A DNA stretch of 64,000 nt from Alphaproteobacteria bacterium (lineage in GTDB: Bacteria > Pseudomonadota > Alphaproteobacteria > UBA828), in NCBI GenBank assembly GCA_965220745.1, contig CBDCQT010000012.1, positions 32,001-96,000 of the forward strand, in the 5' to 3' direction. Numbering within the stretch: position 1 is the stretch's first letter; each line of letters begins with the position of its first letter. Shown piece after piece: positions 45,717 through 54,905 of the stretch. Made by a program: the position numbers and the translations under genes. The notes under the pieces were generated by a model, which searched no databases, was not told the DNA's origin, and saw nothing but the letters and a program-made list of their open reading frames with translations.

Positions 45717-46697
45717 TCAGACCGCCTCGATGCTCGCCTCCGCGATCAGGCGGTTGATCGCGCGGCGCTTGTCCTGCGCCTCGTCCACGGAGACGGCGCT
45801 GAAGCGGTAGACGTCTCCCGGCTTCGACTGCGCGAGCTTCCAGAACGCCGCCGATGGCACTGTATAAGGGTTGATGAAGCCGCCGGTGCTGGGCCCGTCG
45901 TTGACCAGGATGATGGGCGTCTGCCCGCACAGGTTGACCGCGCCCACCGGATAGCCGTGGTCGAGGATGTTGGAGGGGTCCTCGCCGTGCTCGGGGCGCT
46001 TGTCGGTAGCCCTCTCCGTGAAACTCCAGGCCGGTCCGTCGAGCCGGAAGCCCGTGCGGTTGCTCCGGGTCTGCACAGTCCAGTCGCTCTCCAGGAACCT
46101 GCGGTGGCCGGCCTCGTCGATCCAGTCGTCGTTGGGGCCGGGCACCGCCTCCATCTGCCACACCCGCTCGCCGGTTAGGTGCGGCCGGCATTCTTCTCGC
46201 ACCCTCCGACCCGACGTGCCGTTGCCCGTATCGCCACCGAGCGGCAGGCTCTGCTCCGCCTTGAGCGCGTAGCCGTCGAGCCCGCCGATCCCGGCCTGGT
46301 GGAAGGTCGCGCGCGAGCCCAGCACCGGCGTCGTATCGATGCCGCCCGCGACGGCGAGATAGGCGCGGGCGCCGAGGCGCGCGAACCCCAGTGTCAGCAC
46401 CTGGCCGGCACGGACGGCGAAGCTCTCCCACATGGGCGCGGGCGCGTTGTCGAGAGTGGGCTGCATGTCCGCAGCGGTGACCGCGACCACGGCGTCGCGA
46501 CCGAAGCGGAGCGTCGGGCCGGTGAACTGGCATTCGAGCCCGGCGGCGTCTGGCGGGTTGCCCACCAGCAGATTGGCGAGGCGGAAGGACCAATCGTCCA
46601 TCGGGCCCGAGAACGGGAAGCCCTGCTCCCAGTGGCCGATCCGCCCCGGCCAGTCCTGCACCGTGGTCTCGAGACCGGGCTTGATCACCTCCAGCAT
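45717..46697 (-). CDS. PxpC/AHS2-like (biotin-dependent carboxyltransferase family) protein
   Basis: PGLETTVQD, SGPMD, ANLLVGN, GARAYLAVAGG, SNRTGFRL, DGPSTGG. Confidence 0.9.
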   Translation of the reverse strand: MLEVIKPGLETTVQDWPGRIGHWEQGFPFSGPMDDWSFRLANLLVGNPPDAAGLECQFTGPTLRFGRDAVVAVTAADMQPTLDNAPAPMWESFAVRAGQVLTLGFARLGARAYLAVAGGIDTTPVLGSRATFHQAGIGGLDGYALKAEQSLPLGGDTGNGTSGRRVREECRPHLTGERVWQMEAVPGPNDDWIDEAGHRRFLESDWTVQTRSNRTGFRLDGPAWSFTERATDKRPEHGEDPSNILDHGYPVGAVNLCGQTPIILVNDGPSTGGFINPYTVPSAAFWKLAQSKPGDVYRFSAVSVDEAQDKRRAINRLIAEASIEAV

Positions 46698-46699
46698 GA

Positions 46700-47569
46700 C
46701 TAGAACCGCACCGTCTCGTCGATGGTGCCGAGCCAGCGGTGGTAGTTGCTGATCGAAAAGCGCTGATACTCGGCCACGTTGTGGAGGTAGGTACCGGCTT
46801 CGACCTGGGCGGCGACGTGGTCGTACTCCTCGGCGCTCGTCGGGATGAAGCGCACGCGGTCGCCCGGCCGGAAGAGCGCGAGGCTCTCGGCGAAGGCGGC
46901 GAGTCGTTGCGCGGGGTCCCAGATCGGCACCGGCGTCCGTGCGATCATCTGGTAGCCGCCCGGCGTCCGGTCCGGGTAGATCGAGCAGAGCGCGCCGCCG
47001 ATGCCGATGGTGCCCTTGTAAGTCCATGTGCGCGGCGGGTCGTACTTGGGCGCGGTCAGCCGGCAGCGCGGGTCGAGCGGCATCAGCGAGACCAAGCCGG
47101 GATAGAAACCCAATGCCGCTACCCAGTAGTCGGTGCCGGAATGGACGCGGGCGAGCTGCGCGAGATCGGCAAGGCCGTTGAGCCGCGCCACCAGCTCCGG
47201 GTCCCGCTCCTTGGGCGCGATCTTCGCGCAGTAATCGTCGTAGCACTCGCGCGTCCACGGATCGAAGTAGCGGATCGGCAGGTAGAAGATCCGGCTGTCC
47301 AGCTCCAGCCCATCGAGCGAACCCACGACGTGGAACAGCGCGGTCACCTCGGCCACGACGTCGGCGTAGGAGATACGCTCGAAGTCGTAGCTGATCATGA
47401 TCGAGGTGAGCTCGGGCACGATCTCGATAATTCCGGCAGGGCCCCTCTCGCGGATCAGCTTGGAGACGCTGTGCACGCGGAAGTTGAGATCGAAGCTCAT
47501 CTCGTCGCCGAGCTCCATCTCGATGAAGCGGTCGCCGCCGGGCCTGAAGACCGGCTCCGCGAAGATCAT
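46700..47569 (-). CDS. PxpB/AHS1-like carboxyltransferase-domain protein
   Basis: GDRFIE, YWVAALGFYPG, PRTWT, TPGGYQ, PGDRVRF. Confidence 0.9.
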   Translation of the reverse strand: MIFAEPVFRPGGDRFIEMELGDEMSFDLNFRVHSVSKLIRERGPAGIIEIVPELTSIMISYDFERISYADVVAEVTALFHVVGSLDGLELDSRIFYLPIRYFDPWTRECYDDYCAKIAPKERDPELVARLNGLADLAQLARVHSGTDYWVAALGFYPGLVSLMPLDPRCRLTAPKYDPPRTWTYKGTIGIGGALCSIYPDRTPGGYQMIARTPVPIWDPAQRLAAFAESLALFRPGDRVRFIPTSAEEYDHVAAQVEAGTYLHNVAEYQRFSISNYHRWLGTIDETVRF

Positions 47570-47656
47570 GAACGCGCCTCCCCGCCTACCCGCACCGGCG
47601 GGTCGTGGCGCAGTTTGATCGGACGTCGTGCCCTTCGTGGTCCGGCGGAGGGCGCA

Positions 47657-48382
47657 TCACCCGGTGCGCTCTCGCCCACCGTGGGTGACGCGCCAAGCGT
47701 AGGCACCGAGCGCCATGCCGATCAAGGGGCCGGCGACGTAGATCCAGTAGTGGGTGAAGTCGCCCATCGCGACGTAGGGCCCGAGCGCCCGCGCGGGATT
47801 CATCGCGGCACCCGCGACCGGGCCCATCAGCATGACCTCGATGCCGACGACCGCGCCCACGGCGACGCCCGCGAAGGGGCCGTGAGCGCGCTTGTCGAGG
47901 CCCACGCCAGCAACCACCCACATCAGCAGGAATGCGAGAAAAAGCTCGATCAGGAAGGCCGTCAGCGGCGTGATGCCGATGGCCGCATTGGGTAGGTTCG
48001 CGCCCATCGCGCCGTAGTCGCCGAGCGCCCAGAGCAGGCACATCCCCGCCAGCACCGAGCCCCCGAGCTGGGCCAGCGCGTAGCCGGGGACGAGGCGCCA
48101 GTCGAGATGGCCGATCAGCGCGGCCGCGATCGAGAGCGCCGGATTGACGTGGGCGCCGGAGACATGGCCGAAGGTATAGATGACGACCGTGATGATCAGG
48201 CCCGAGATCAGGCCGGGGCCAATGGCGCCGAGGGTGCCGCCCATCTTGGCGTCCACAACCACGGCGCCGGCCGCGAAGAAGACGAGCGAGAACGTGCCGA
48301 TGAACTCGCAGCAATAGCGGCGCAGGTCGCCGGGTGGTACCCCTGCGGGCAAGCCCGCGCGAAGCGTGGCCTCGTCACTCAT
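47657..48382 (-). CDS. MIP-family aquaporin (NIP/AqpN-like)
   Basis: EFIGTF, SGAHVNPA, GAAMNPAR, WIYVAGP. Confidence 0.92.
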   Translation of the reverse strand: MSDEATLRAGLPAGVPPGDLRRYCCEFIGTFSLVFFAAGAVVVDAKMGGTLGAIGPGLISGLIITVVIYTFGHVSGAHVNPALSIAAALIGHLDWRLVPGYALAQLGGSVLAGMCLLWALGDYGAMGANLPNAAIGITPLTAFLIELFLAFLLMWVVAGVGLDKRAHGPFAGVAVGAVVGIEVMLMGPVAGAAMNPARALGPYVAMGDFTHYWIYVAGPLIGMALGAYAWRVTHGGRERTG

Positions 48383-48441
48383 ACGACCGGAGAATAACCG
48401 GTATCGCCGCCGCGCCAATCGGTAGCGCTGGCGGCGGATAC

Positions 48442-51096
48442 TCAGGCAGCGTCCGCCAGCGCCTTCTCGATGGCCTTGAGCGCGTCGTCCAGACGCTCGC
48501 CGTCGGGGCCGCCGGCTTGCGCCATGTCGGCCCGGCCGCCCCCGCCCTTGCCGCCGACTGCCGCCGCGCCGGCGCGCGCGAGATCGACCGCGCTCACGCG
48601 GGCGGTGAGATCGTCGCTGACGCCGACCGTGAGCGCGGCCTTGCCATCGGTCCGGCTCACCACGGCGTAGACGCCCGAGCCCATGCGCTGCTTCAGGTCA
48701 TCCACCATGGCACGCAGCTCCTTGGGCCGCGCCCCGTCGAGCGAGCGGCCGACGAAGGCGACCCCGGCGATGTCGCGGGCATCCTCCGTGGCGCCGCCGC
48801 CGCCGGTGGCAAGCGCGTGGCGGGTCTCCTCGAGCGTGCGTTCGAGCTTCTTGTGCTCATCCATCAGCGAGCCGATGCGCCCGGCAAGCTCGGCCGGCGG
48901 CACCTTGAGCACCGCCGCAGCCTCCCGGAGCGCGGTTTCGAGGTCGACCCCGTGGCGGCGCGCCGCTTCGCCGGTGAGCGCCTCGATGCGCCGGACGCCG
49001 GCAGCGGTCGCCGATTCGCTCACGATGCGGAAGAGCCCGATGTCCCCGGTGCGCTCCACGTGGGTACCGCCGCAGAGCTCGACCGAATAGGGCGCGTCGG
49101 CGCCGTTCTCGTCGCCGCCCATGGAAACGACGCGCACCTCATCGCCGTACTTCTCGCCGAAGAGCGCAAGCGCGCCGGCGGCGGTCGCCTCCTCCGGGCT
49201 CATCAGGCGAGTGACCAGCGGCGCGTTCTGGCGGATCAGCCGGTTGACCTCAGCCTCGATGTCGTCGAGCGCGTCGGCCGAGACCGCGCCGGGGTGGCTG
49301 ATGTCGAAACGCAGGCGATCGGGTGCCACCAGCGACCCCTTCTGCGTCACGTGATCGCCGAGAGCGCGGCGGAGCGCGGCGTGCAGCAGGTGGGTGGCCG
49401 AGTGGTTGGCGCGGAGCATGGTGCGCCGCGCACCGTCCACGGCGAGCACCACCGCGTCGTCCACGCTGATCGTGCTCTCTTCGACGACGGCGTGGTGGAC
49501 GTGGAGGCCGTCGGCCTCGCGGCGCGTGTCGGTCACGCGGAGGCGGGCGCCGTCGGTCGAGACGACGGTGCCGGTGTCGCCCACCTGTCCGCCCGCCTCG
49601 GCGTAGAAGGGCGTCTGGTTGATGACCAGCGCCACCGAATCGCCAGCCTCGGCACCCGTGACCTCGGCACCGCCTGCCACAAGCGCCTGGACCACGCCCT
49701 CCGCGCTCTCCGTGCCGTAGCCCAGGAACTCGGTCGCGCCGACCCGCTCGCGAATCCCGAACCAGACCGCATCGCTCGCCGCATCGCCCGAGCCCGCCCA
49801 AGCCCGTCGCGCCGCCTCGCGCTGGCGTTCCATGCAGACCTCGAAGCCCTCCCGCTCTACCGCGCGCCCCTGCGCGCGAAGCGCATCCTCAGTGAGGTCG
49901 AGGGGGAAGCCGTAGGTGTCGTAGAGCTTGAACGCGGTCTCCCCCGGCAGTGGCACGCCGGCGGCGAGACCCGAGGTCGCGTCGTCAAGCAGGCGCAGAC
50001 CCCTGGCGAGGGTCTCCTTGAAGCGGGTTTCCTCCAGCTTCAGGGTCTCGGCGATGAGCGGCTCGGCACGCACCAGCTCACCGAAGGCCTGGCCCATCTC
50101 GCGCACCAGCGTCGGCACCAGGCGCCACATCAGCGGCTCGGTGCAGCCCATCAGGTGGGCGTGACGCATGGCGCGCCGCATGATGCGCCGGAGCACGTAA
50201 CCCCGCCCCTCGTTCGACGGCATCACGCCATCGGCGATCAGGAAGGCGCTCGCCCGCAGGTGATCGGAGACCACCCGGTGGGAGGCGCTGTGCCCGCCGT
50301 CGGCCGGCGTGCCGCTCAGCTCCACGCTCGCGTCAATCAGGTGCTTGAACAGGTCGGTCTCGTAATTGTCGTGGGTGCCCTGCAGGATCGCGGCGATCCG
50401 CTCCAGCCCCATGCCGGTGTCGATCGAGGGGCGGGGCAGATCGATCCGCTCCTCGGGCGTGACCTGCTCGAACTGCATGAACACCAGGTTCCAGATTTCG
50501 ACGAAGCGATCGCCGTCCTGATCAGGGCTGCCGGGCGGGCCGCCAGCCACGTGCGGACCGTGGTCGTAGAAGATCTCGGAGCAAGGGCCGCAGGGGCCGG
50601 TCTCGCCCATGGCCCAGAAATTGTCCGAGGTCGGGATGCGAATGACGCGCTCTTCGGGCAGCCCCGCGACCCTGCGCCAGAGCCCGTGGGCCTCGTCGTC
50701 CTCGGCGAAGACCGTGACCATCAGGCGTTCTTCCGACAGGCCGTAGTCCTTCGTGACCAGCCGCCAGGCGAGCTCGATGGCACGCTCCTTGAAGTAATCG
50801 CCGAACGAGAAGTTGCCGAGCATCTCGAAGAAGGTGTGGTGGCGCGCGGTATAGCCGACGTTGTCGAGGTCGTTGTGCTTGCCGCCCGCGCGCACGCATT
50901 TTTGGGAGGTAGCCGCGCGCCGGTAAGGCCGGGACTCGGCGCCGGTGAAGACGTTCTTGAACTGCACCATGCCGGCGTTGGTGAACATCAACGTCGGGTC
51001 GTTGCGCGGCACGAGCGGGCTCGAGTCCACGACCTCGTGCTCGTTGGCGGAAAAATAGTCGAGAAACTGCGCGCGGATTTCGTTGACGCTCGGCAT
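48442..51096 (-). CDS. alaS: Alanine--tRNA ligase
   Basis: [37 protein letters not shown]. Confidence 0.98.
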   Translation of the reverse strand: MPSVNEIRAQFLDYFSANEHEVVDSSPLVPRNDPTLMFTNAGMVQFKNVFTGAESRPYRRAATSQKCVRAGGKHNDLDNVGYTARHHTFFEMLGNFSFGDYFKERAIELAWRLVTKDYGLSEERLMVTVFAEDDEAHGLWRRVAGLPEERVIRIPTSDNFWAMGETGPCGPCSEIFYDHGPHVAGGPPGSPDQDGDRFVEIWNLVFMQFEQVTPEERIDLPRPSIDTGMGLERIAAILQGTHDNYETDLFKHLIDASVELSGTPADGGHSASHRVVSDHLRASAFLIADGVMPSNEGRGYVLRRIMRRAMRHAHLMGCTEPLMWRLVPTLVREMGQAFGELVRAEPLIAETLKLEETRFKETLARGLRLLDDATSGLAAGVPLPGETAFKLYDTYGFPLDLTEDALRAQGRAVEREGFEVCMERQREAARRAWAGSGDAASDAVWFGIRERVGATEFLGYGTESAEGVVQALVAGGAEVTGAEAGDSVALVINQTPFYAEAGGQVGDTGTVVSTDGARLRVTDTRREADGLHVHHAVVEESTISVDDAVVLAVDGARRTMLRANHSATHLLHAALRRALGDHVTQKGSLVAPDRLRFDISHPGAVSADALDDIEAEVNRLIRQNAPLVTRLMSPEEATAAGALALFGEKYGDEVRVVSMGGDENGADAPYSVELCGGTHVERTGDIGLFRIVSESATAAGVRRIEALTGEAARRHGVDLETALREAAAVLKVPPAELAGRIGSLMDEHKKLERTLEETRHALATGGGGATEDARDIAGVAFVGRSLDGARPKELRAMVDDLKQRMGSGVYAVVSRTDGKAALTVGVSDDLTARVSAVDLARAGAAAVGGKGGGGRADMAQAGGPDGERLDDALKAIEKALADAA

Positions 51097-51238
51097 GGAA
51101 TGGCCCTGCATGGTTCCCCGGACCGCAGGAGGCCCGGGGCTTGGATGCGTGCCGTGCTACTTAGTGCGCCTTAGGCGGGCTGTCCAGATTTGCGCGCGCC
51201 TTCGCGCGGCAGCGTTTGCCCGCCCGTTCCCGAAGCCG

Positions 51239-52321
51239 CTAAGCGCCCTGGGCGCCGTGGTCTGGGTAAACCTCGGCGACGGGCGGCGCCTCGTCCTCGC
51301 CGTCGAGACCGGCGTGCCGTCGGATGGCGCGATTGATCGCGTCTGCCGCCTCCGCGTTCTCAGCGAGGAAGCGCTTCGCGTTCTCGCGGCCCTGGCCGAT
51401 GCGCTCGCTGTCGTGGGAATACCAGGAGCCCGATTTTTCGATGACGCCGGCCTTGAGCCCGTGATCGATGAGCTCGCCGGTGCGCGAGATGCCCTCGCCA
51501 TACATGATGTCGAACTCCACCAAGCGGAAGGGTGGCGCGAGCTTGTTCTTGACCACCTTCACCCGCGTCTGGTTGCCGACGACCTCGTCACGGTCCTTGA
51601 CGGCACCGATGCGGCGGATGTCGAGCCTGACCGAAGCGTAGAACTTCAGCGCGTTGCCGCCGGTGGTAGTCTCGGGGCTGCCGTACATCACGCCGATCTT
51701 CATGCGGATCTGGTTGATGAAGATGACGCAGCAGCGCGAGCGCGCGATCGATGCGGTGAGCTTGCGCAGCGCCTGACTCATCAGCCGCGCCTGCAGGCCG
51801 ACATGGGAATCGCCCATCTCGCCTTCGAGCTCGGCGCGGGGCACCAGGGCTGCGACGCTGTCGATCACCACCAGGTCGATGGCGCCGGAGCGGACCAGCG
51901 TGTCCGCAATCTCCAGCGCCTGCTCGCCGGCATCCGGCTGCGCGATCAAGAGCTCGTCCACATTGACGTGGAGCTTGCCGGCATAGACCGGATCGAGCGC
52001 GTGCTCGGCATCGATGAAGGCGCAGGTGCCGCCGAGCTTCTGGGCCTCGGCGACGCAGGAGAGCGCCAGCGTGGTCTTGCCCGAACTCTCGGGCCCGTAG
52101 ATCTCGACGATCCGGCCGCGTGGCAGCCCGCCGATGCCGAGCGCCACGTCGAGCCCGATGGAGCCGGTCGGGATCGCCTCGACCTCGACCGCGGCGCCAT
52201 CGCCGAGCTTCATGATCGAGCCCTTGCCGAACGCTCGCTCGATCTGGCCGAGCGCCGCGTCTAATGCCTTCTGCTTATCCATTGAACCCTCGGACACCAC
52301 GCGAAGCGCCGTACTGGCCAT
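51239..52321 (-). CDS. recA: Recombinase RecA
   Basis: [35 protein letters not shown]. Confidence 0.99.
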   Translation of the reverse strand: MASTALRVVSEGSMDKQKALDAALGQIERAFGKGSIMKLGDGAAVEVEAIPTGSIGLDVALGIGGLPRGRIVEIYGPESSGKTTLALSCVAEAQKLGGTCAFIDAEHALDPVYAGKLHVNVDELLIAQPDAGEQALEIADTLVRSGAIDLVVIDSVAALVPRAELEGEMGDSHVGLQARLMSQALRKLTASIARSRCCVIFINQIRMKIGVMYGSPETTTGGNALKFYASVRLDIRRIGAVKDRDEVVGNQTRVKVVKNKLAPPFRLVEFDIMYGEGISRTGELIDHGLKAGVIEKSGSWYSHDSERIGQGRENAKRFLAENAEAADAINRAIRRHAGLDGEDEAPPVAEVYPDHGAQGA

Positions 52322-52377
52322 TGCCGCCTCCTTATTCCACACGGGCAAAACCGATGCAATGCGACTCCGATTTGGCC

Positions 52378-52406
52378 AATGTACTCTATTTGTTCTTACC
52401 CTGCAA
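52378..52406 (-). promoter_or_regulatory. recA promoter with alphaproteobacterial LexA (SOS) box
   Basis: Minus strand TTGCAG-N17-TACATT overlapping GAAC-AAATAGA-GTAC (52381-52395). Confidence 0.88.
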
Positions 52407-52468
52407 CCCCTCATTTCATCGCCGTCCGGGCGCGGGCACGCTATGATGGGCGCGGCTTTCCGCCCTTC

Positions 52469-52545
52469 GGGCCCGTAGTTCAACTGGTTAGAACCCGCCG
52501 CTCATAACGGCGTTGTTGCAGGTTCGAGTCCTGCCGGGCCCACCA
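52469..52545 (+). tRNA. tRNA with CAT anticodon, most likely tRNA-Ile2 (lysidine type)
   Basis: Acceptor stem GGGCCCG/CGGGCCC, anticodon arm CGCCG-CTCATAA-CGGCG, GTTCGAG T-loop, encoded ACCA. G1-C72 pairing argues against fMet. Confidence 0.92.
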
Positions 52546-52577
52546 ACTCCTTTTCATTTTGCTTTGAAATCAACATT

Positions 52578-52756
52578 TTACTTGTCCGAATTGACTAACC
52601 TTGGCGAAAGGTTAGTCAATTCTGTTCCCTCTTCGCTCCCCAGCTTTGCCATGCCGGAATCCGCGAGCGTCGCTCGATTAGCGGCCGCCACATAACGACT
52701 CGCCTCCATGGCGCTCGCGTGTCCGAGAAAACTCATGACCTCGAATTCAGTTGCCC
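52578..52756 (-). pseudogene. C-terminal remnant of a phage-type integrase
   Basis: ATEFEVMSFLGHASAMEASRYVAAANRATLA...DK* (LGH...Y motif), pointing toward the tRNA 3' end. Confidence 0.78.
52588..52622. repeat. Perfect 15-bp inverted repeat near the tRNA 3' end
   Basis: GAATTGACTAACCTT-GGCGA-AAGGTTAGTCAATTC. Confidence 0.85.
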
Positions 52757-52974
52757 GGCGCGGGGATTTGCCGCCGACCGGCTCTGTAACCTGTAGACCA
52801 AGCTGGACCCCGGCGGGGGCGGGCTATATTCGACGCTAAACATCGCGCTGCGCGCCTTTCCTGCCCTGCGGGCCGGACAGCGCCGCGCAGACCGTGACCC
52901 TGGCGAGAAATGCGGGCTAAGAGTATTCCAGAAGCCGTCCGGCCCACCGCTTTCATGAGGAGTGCCGCGCAGCC

Positions 52975-54801
52975 ATGGACCTGCGCAACATCGCCATCAT
53001 CGCCCATGTCGATCACGGCAAGACGACTCTGGTCGACGCCCTGTTGCGCCAGAGCGGCACGGTGCGCGCGAACCAGCCGATGCAGGAGCGCGCCCTCGAC
53101 AGCGGCGAGCTCGAACGCGAGCGCGGCATCACGATCCTGGCCAAGTGCACCGCGATCGACTGGCGCGGCGTGCGCATCAACATCGTCGATACCCCTGGCC
53201 ACGCGGACTTCGGCGGCGAGGTCGAGCGGGTGCTCGGCATGGTCGACGGCGTGCTCGTCCTGGTGGACGCGGCCGAGGGCCCGATGCCTCAGACGAAGTT
53301 CGTCGTCGACAAGGCGCTTCGGCTCGGGCTCAGGCCAATCGTGGCGATCAGCAAGATGGATCGCGCGGACGCCCGACCCGAGGTCGTGCACGAAGCCATC
53401 TTCGACCTGTTCGACGCCTTGGGAGCGAGCGAGGAGCAGCTCGATTTCCCCCTCGTCTACAGCTCGGCGCGCGACGGCTGGGCCTCGCGCGGTGCGGCCG
53501 TCGCGGGGGCCGACATGACCCCGCTCTTCGAGACCGTCATCGCGCACGTGCCCGCGCCTTCGACGGATCGGGACGGGCCATTTCGCATGCTGATCAGCCT
53601 GCTGGAGGCCGACCCCTTTCTCGGCCGGCTGGTGAGCGGCCGCGTGCTCTCCGGCCAAGTGGCAGCGAACCAGACCGTGACGGTGCTCGGCACGGACGGT
53701 GCCGTGGTCGAGGTCGCGCGCCTCACCAAGCTGCTTCGCGCGCGCGGGCTGGAACGGATCGCGGTGGACGGCGCCGGGGCCGGCGAGATCGTGACGCTCG
53801 CGGGCCTCAAGACCGCGTCGGTGGCGGACACCGTCGCCGCCTCCGGGAACTGCACCGCGATCCCGGCCGAGCCCATCGACCCGCCAACGATCGCAATGGT
53901 GTTCTCGATCAATGACTCGCCGCTCGCGGGACGCGAAGGAACGCAACTCACCTCACGCATGATCGCAGCACGCCTCGCCCGCGAAGCCGAGGGCAATGTC
54001 GCGATCCGGGTGAACGGCATGGCGGAGGACGGCGCCTTCGAGGTCGCCGGCCGCGGCGAGCTTCAACTCGCGGTGTTGATCGAGACCATGCGCCGCGAGG
54101 GCTTCGAGCTCTCCATCGGCCGCCCGCGGGTGCTGATGCGCGAAGACCCGGCGGTTCACGGGCCGCTCGAGCCCATCGAAGAAATCCAGATCGACGTGGA
54201 CGAAGCCTTCGTCGGCGACGTGGTGACTGCGCTCACCGAACGGCGCGCGGAGCTGGTCGAGCTCAGGCCCTCGGGGCGGGACAAGATCAGGGCGCTGTTT
54301 CACGGCCCGACGCGCGGCCTGATCGGCTTCAACGGCGAGCTGCTCACGGTGACCCGGGGCACGGCGATCATGCATCGGCTGTTTCACGGCTATGCGCCGT
54401 TCAAGGGCCCGTTGCCGGGACGGCAGACCGGCGTGCTCGTCTCGAGCGCGGACGGCAGGGCGGTCGCCTACGCGCTCTGGAATCTGGAGCCGCGGGGCAC
54501 GCTCTTCATCGAGCCGGGGATGCCCGTCTACGGCGGCATGATCGTGGGCGAGCACGCGCGGCCGCAGGACCTCGACGTCAACCCGCTGAAGAGCAAGCAG
54601 CTGACCAACATCCGGGCCGCCGGCAAGGACAATGCCGTGCGCCTGAGCCCGCCGCGGCCGATGCCGCTCGAGGTCGCATTGGCCTATCTCTCGGACGACG
54701 AGCTGCTCGAAGTGACGCCGGCGGCGATCCGCCTTCGCAAGCGCCTGCTCGACCCCCATGCCCGCCGACGCGCCGCACGGGCGCACGCGCGAGCATCCTG
54801 A
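52975..54801 (+). CDS. typA: Translational GTPase TypA/BipA
   Basis: [44 protein letters not shown]; G4 reads SKMD. Confidence 0.93.
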   Translation: MDLRNIAIIAHVDHGKTTLVDALLRQSGTVRANQPMQERALDSGELERERGITILAKCTAIDWRGVRINIVDTPGHADFGGEVERVLGMVDGVLVLVDAAEGPMPQTKFVVDKALRLGLRPIVAISKMDRADARPEVVHEAIFDLFDALGASEEQLDFPLVYSSARDGWASRGAAVAGADMTPLFETVIAHVPAPSTDRDGPFRMLISLLEADPFLGRLVSGRVLSGQVAANQTVTVLGTDGAVVEVARLTKLLRARGLERIAVDGAGAGEIVTLAGLKTASVADTVAASGNCTAIPAEPIDPPTIAMVFSINDSPLAGREGTQLTSRMIAARLAREAEGNVAIRVNGMAEDGAFEVAGRGELQLAVLIETMRREGFELSIGRPRVLMREDPAVHGPLEPIEEIQIDVDEAFVGDVVTALTERRAELVELRPSGRDKIRALFHGPTRGLIGFNGELLTVTRGTAIMHRLFHGYAPFKGPLPGRQTGVLVSSADGRAVAYALWNLEPRGTLFIEPGMPVYGGMIVGEHARPQDLDVNPLKSKQLTNIRAAGKDNAVRLSPPRPMPLEVALAYLSDDELLEVTPAAIRLRKRLLDPHARRRAARAHARAS

Positions 54802-54905
54802 TCGCCTGCCCCACAATCAGACAAGCGCAGCACGACCTTGAGGCTTTGCCAAACCGAGCCCCACTGGCTAGGAATTCATCTGACCCCAGCGGAGCCTCGT
54901 CGATC

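Noticed and set aside
48334-51174. 946-aa antisense ORF over alaS (likewise 20826-23153, 33513-35273, 36829-38472)
   Set aside because: Stop-poor antisense frames are expected in high-GC genes; no motifs recognised.
52469-52545. Calling the CAT tRNA initiator or elongator Met
   Set aside because: No C1:A72 mismatch or GGG/CCC anticodon stem; overall sequence fits Ile2 better, though elongator Met cannot be fully excluded by eye.
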